From Bacteroidales bacterium (GTDB lineage: Bacteria; Bacteroidota; Bacteroidia; Bacteroidales; VadinHA17): a stretch of 64,000 bases of DNA. Both the position numbers and the translations under genes were made by a program. The DNA is taken from positions 32,498 to 96,497 of the forward strand of contig JAXHLF010000025.1 of the NCBI GenBank assembly GCA_034522515.1, read 5' to 3'. Below, one piece after another: positions 60,741 through 64,000 of this stretch (its first letter is position 1; every line of letters starts with the position of its first letter). The notes under the pieces were generated by a model that saw nothing but the letters and a program-made list of their open reading frames with translations, was not told the origin of the DNA and searched no databases.

Positions 60741-61788
60741 TGAGGCATATAATATCACTCACAGATACGGCACGGTAACCGCTCTTGACGACCTCTCCTT
60801 CACCGTCGATAAAGGTGAGCTGTTTGGTTTTGTCGGTCCTGACGGGGCAGGTAAGACCACCCTCTTCCGCATCGCCGCCACCCTGATCATCCCTGCCGGT
60901 GGCAGAATGACCCTCTTCGGACTCAACACCGTCAGCAGGTTCAGGGAGCTGCGCAACCACATCGGCTATATGCCCGGGCGGTTCAGCCTCTACACTGACC
61001 TCACCGTGGAGGAGAACCTGAGCTTCTATGCCACCATCTTCGGCACTACGGTAAAAGAGAACTATCACCTTATTGAGCCCATCTACAAACAGATTGAGCC
61101 ATTCAGAAAACGGCAGGCCGGACGTCTCTCGGGAGGCATGAAGCAGAAACTGGCACTCTCCTGTGCACTCATCCACAAGCCTGAGATCCTGATCCTCGAC
61201 GAGCCTACCACAGGCGTCGACGCCGTCTCGCGTACGGAGTTCTGGGAGATGCTCTCACGTCTTAAGGGCGAAGGCATTACCATCATCGTCTCTACACCCT
61301 ACATGGACGAAGCCCTGCGCTGCGACCGCATAGCCCTCATCCAGTCAGGCAGGATACTAAATATAAACACCCCCGACCACATCCGTCGCTCCTACAGCCA
61401 GAAGCTGTTTGCTGTCAGCCACCCGGATAAGTATAAGCTTCTGCTGGCACTTCGCGCTCTAAGCTCCGGGATGTCATCGGCGGTGAATAGGCCTTCATCC
61501 TCCGGACTGCAGGCAGAGGCGAGTCCGCTTATACCTTCCGGGGACCCGGCAGCAGCGGGTCAGCCCTCACCCTCAGGGGCACCATCCACAGGCAAGTCTA
61601 TGCCCTCCGCGAAGCCCATGGCCGGCCAGGCTGAGCCCTTCGGCGACTCCGTCCATATAACCATACCGGAAGGCACCACTCCCGGCGAGTTGATAACCGC
61701 CCTGGCATCTGCCGGCCTCCCCGGAGCCGAAATCAAAGAGATCGTCCCCGGAATCGAAGATGTATTCCTTGAACTGATGAAAAGATAA
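60730..61788 (+). CDS. ABC transporter ATP-binding protein (YbhF N-half-like) with P/S/A-rich insertion
   Basis: Walker A GPDGAGKTT, signature LSGGMKQK and Walker B LILDEPT. The C-terminal accessory domain is interrupted by a roughly 55-aa low-complexity stretch. Confidence 0.85.
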   Translation: MAAIEAYNITHRYGTVTALDDLSFTVDKGELFGFVGPDGAGKTTLFRIAATLIIPAGGRMTLFGLNTVSRFRELRNHIGYMPGRFSLYTDLTVEENLSFYATIFGTTVKENYHLIEPIYKQIEPFRKRQAGRLSGGMKQKLALSCALIHKPEILILDEPTTGVDAVSRTEFWEMLSRLKGEGITIIVSTPYMDEALRCDRIALIQSGRILNINTPDHIRRSYSQKLFAVSHPDKYKLLLALRALSSGMSSAVNRPSSSGLQAEASPLIPSGDPAAAGQPSPSGAPSTGKSMPSAKPMAGQAEPFGDSVHITIPEGTTPGELITALASAGLPGAEIKEIVPGIEDVFLELMKR

Positions 61789-61790
61789 GC

Positions 61791-62534
61791 ATGACGGAGA
61801 GAGACAAGGTCATAGAGGTGAAGGAGCTGGTGAAAAGGTTCGGGTCGTTTGTGGCCAATGACCACCTGACCTTTGACGTCTTCAGGGGAGAGATCTTCGG
61901 GTTCCTGGGCGCCAACGGGGCAGGAAAGACAACGGCCATAAGGATACTGTGCGGACTGTCGCGCCCCACCTCAGGCAAGGTGACCGTTGCCGGCATCGAT
62001 GCCGGTCGCCCTGAGGAGATCAAGAAACGCATCGGATACATGTCTCAGCGCTTCTCCCTCTATGAGGACCTGACCGTCAGCGAGAACATTGAACTCTACG
62101 GCGGCATCTACGGCATGACACTGAAGGAGATCCGTCCACGCAGGGAGGCGCTGCTCAACAGACTAAGCTTCAGCGCGTACGGCGACACTCTGATAAAATC
62201 GCTGCCCCTCGGACTAAGGCAGAAGCTCGCCTTTGCCGTGGCAGTCTTTCATGACCCTGAGATTGTCTTTCTCGATGAGCCCACCAGTGGCGTTGACCCG
62301 ATCACCCGCCGTCAGTTCTGGGAGATGATATACGAGACGGCATCACGCGGTATCACCGTTTTTGTCACCACACATTACATGGACGAAGCCGAATACTGCG
62401 ACAGGGTAACGATAATGAACGAGGGGAAGATTGTGGCCCTTGACACCCCTGCAGCACTGCGTGCCGGTTATGGGACTCAGTCTATAGATGAGCTTTTCGT
62501 GAAAATAGCCAGACCAAAAACAGTGACACAATGA
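61791..62534 (+). CDS. ABC transporter ATP-binding protein (YbhF C-half-like)
   Basis: Walker A GANGAGKTT, a signature-like LPLGLRQK and Walker B VFLDEPTSGVD. Confidence 0.88.
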   Translation: MTERDKVIEVKELVKRFGSFVANDHLTFDVFRGEIFGFLGANGAGKTTAIRILCGLSRPTSGKVTVAGIDAGRPEEIKKRIGYMSQRFSLYEDLTVSENIELYGGIYGMTLKEIRPRREALLNRLSFSAYGDTLIKSLPLGLRQKLAFAVAVFHDPEIVFLDEPTSGVDPITRRQFWEMIYETASRGITVFVTTHYMDEAEYCDRVTIMNEGKIVALDTPAALRAGYGTQSIDELFVKIARPKTVTQ

Positions 62535-63652
62535 AGCGGTTCATGGCATTTGTAAGGAAAGAGTTCCTTCATATATTCCGCGATTACAGGACGCTGATAA
62601 TCCTGTTCGGTATTCCTGCAGCACAGATACTCATCTTCGGCTATGCCGTCCGTACCGACCTTACCAATGCCGGCATAGCGGTGCTTGACAATGCAAGGGA
62701 TGAGGTCTCTTCTGAGCTGACACTCAAGCTTGAGGCATCGGAATTCTTCGAGATCAAGTACAACCTGCAGTCATTTGACGAGATAGACCCTGCATTCAAA
62801 CAGGGAAAGATCAAGGCTGCCATATTATTTCCCGCCGACATGGGTGCCTCACTTACACGTGAAGGCATTGCCACTGTCAGCATCATCGCCGATGGCTCCG
62901 AGCCGAATACCGCCAGCCTGGTGACCGCTTACACAACAGCCATCATCAACGACTATTCATCAGGACTGACAAGGCAGATGACATCATCAATGCCCGTCAT
63001 TAACCCGGAGGTGCGGATGTATTTCAACCCCAACCTGGAGAGTCATTTTATGTTCGTGCCTGGTGTTATTACCCTCATCCTGATACTCATTACGGCACTG
63101 ATGACATCGGTTACCATTGTACGTGAGAAGGAGTTCGGCACCATGGAGGTACTGCTGGTATCGCCGCTGAAACCATGGCAGATCATTATCGGCAAGGTGG
63201 CTCCCTACTTCTTCCTTTCCCTGGTGAATGTCATTGTCATCCTGCTCATGGCCTGGTTCGTCTTCGGACTGCCGGTCAGGGGGAGCATCGCCCTGCTGAT
63301 AGCCGAGACAATGCTTTACATACTCCTGGGACTATCCATCGGAATCTTCGTCTCATCCTCGGTGCAGAAGATGGAAAACGCCATTTTCATCTCATTCCTG
63401 GCGTTGATGTTACCCAGCCTGCTGCTGTCAGGATTTATTTTCCCCATCGAAAACATGCCGAAGATCTATGATTATGTGAGCATGATTTTGCCTCCGCGAT
63501 GGTTCGTGGAGATAATAAGGTCAATCATGATCAAGGGTGCCGGGATTAGTTTTATATGGAAGGAGACGCTCATCCTGGTAGTGATGACGCTCTTCTTCAT
63601 GGCACTCAGCGCCAGGCGGTTCAGGGTCAGATTAGGGGAGGACGACAAATGA
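62531..63652 (+). CDS. ABC-2 type transporter permease (YbhS/YbhR-like)
   Basis: 373 aa. N-terminal TM segment, a large periplasmic loop, then 5 C-terminal TM segments. Start and stop overlap the neighbouring genes. Confidence 0.85.
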   Translation: MKRFMAFVRKEFLHIFRDYRTLIILFGIPAAQILIFGYAVRTDLTNAGIAVLDNARDEVSSELTLKLEASEFFEIKYNLQSFDEIDPAFKQGKIKAAILFPADMGASLTREGIATVSIIADGSEPNTASLVTAYTTAIINDYSSGLTRQMTSSMPVINPEVRMYFNPNLESHFMFVPGVITLILILITALMTSVTIVREKEFGTMEVLLVSPLKPWQIIIGKVAPYFFLSLVNVIVILLMAWFVFGLPVRGSIALLIAETMLYILLGLSIGIFVSSSVQKMENAIFISFLALMLPSLLLSGFIFPIENMPKIYDYVSMILPPRWFVEIIRSIMIKGAGISFIWKETLILVVMTLFFMALSARRFRVRLGEDDK

Positions 63653-64000
63653 GAAAGTTGCTCTTCCTGCTGAAAAAAGAGTTCCGGCAGATACGCCGCA
63701 ACCCGTTCATGGCCAGGGCTATAATAGCAGTTCCGCTGATACAGATGCTGATCCTGGTGCCGGCAATCACCTTTGAGGTCAAACGCATAGACCTTGCCGT
63801 GACCGATTACGACCGGTCACCCGCATCGCGCGGGCTTATTTCAAAGCTGAGCGGTTCATCCTTCTTCAGCATCAGCGCAGTTCCTTCCGGTCAGGTCCAC
63901 GCTGATGAGCTTCTGCTCTCAGGTGATGCCGACATGGTGCTGATCATCCCTGACGGTTTCGCTGAAGCTATGGCCGGTAAAGAGAGGCCTCGGGTGCAGG
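63649..64000 (+). CDS. Second ABC-2 type transporter permease (3'-partial at window edge)
   Basis: ATG 63649 overlaps the upstream stop (ATGA). MRKLLFLLKKEFRQIRRNPFMARAIIAVPLIQMLILVPAITFEV... parallels the N-terminus of the preceding permease. The frame is open to the end of the window and is not in the ORF track because there is no stop. Confidence 0.8.
   Translation, partial: MRKLLFLLKKEFRQIRRNPFMARAIIAVPLIQMLILVPAITFEVKRIDLAVTDYDRSPASRGLISKLSGSSFFSISAVPSGQVHADELLLSGDADMVLIIPDGFAEAMAGKERPRVQ

Overview
This 64 kb window looks like a chromosomal segment of a Bacteroidota bacterium. The evidence is TAnnTTTG-type promoter boxes, a SusC-like TonB-dependent receptor with a DUF4249 partner, many lipoproteins, a eukaryote-type GT3 glycogen synthase, a GH57-GT4-debranching operon and TlpA-like lipoproteins.

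Gene content by region:
- 1-19.8 kb: housekeeping genes: tatC, lptB, tRNA-Leu, tig-clpP-clpX, thyA-folA, rplU-rpmA, serS, ruvC, greA, ahcY, ribF.
- 19.8-26.8 kb: a TonB-receptor cluster.
- 26.9-38.1 kb: a large alpha-glucan (glycogen) locus. It includes a roughly 1410-aa GT3 glycogen synthase / GT35 phosphorylase fusion.
- 38.3-42.6 kb: two TlpA-like thiol-disulfide oxidoreductases, lpxH and a tandem SiaB-like GHKL protein.
- 42.8-50.0 kb: a visibly AT-richer, pseudogene-rich segment next to comM. It is marked by a degenerate second copy of the comM 3' end.
- 52-64 kb: an LVIVD/DUF4114 protein, an XRE-membrane pair, crcB-DUF190, two hydrolases and a TetR-TolC-HlyD-ABC-ABC-permease-permease efflux operon.

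The strongest technical signal is dozens of reading-frame disruptions in otherwise well conserved genes. They are very unevenly distributed. The pattern fits unpolished long-read or metagenome consensus errors better than biology, but this needs read-level checking.

I found no CRISPR array, integrase, transposase or recognisable defence system. The best candidates for something new are the decayed comM-associated island with its repeat architecture, the GT3-GT35 fusion, several short tandem-repeat arrays at gene junctions, and lysine/alanine-rich tails on L21 and the GH57 enzyme.

All homology calls come from motif recognition by eye. No database search or GC calculation was run.
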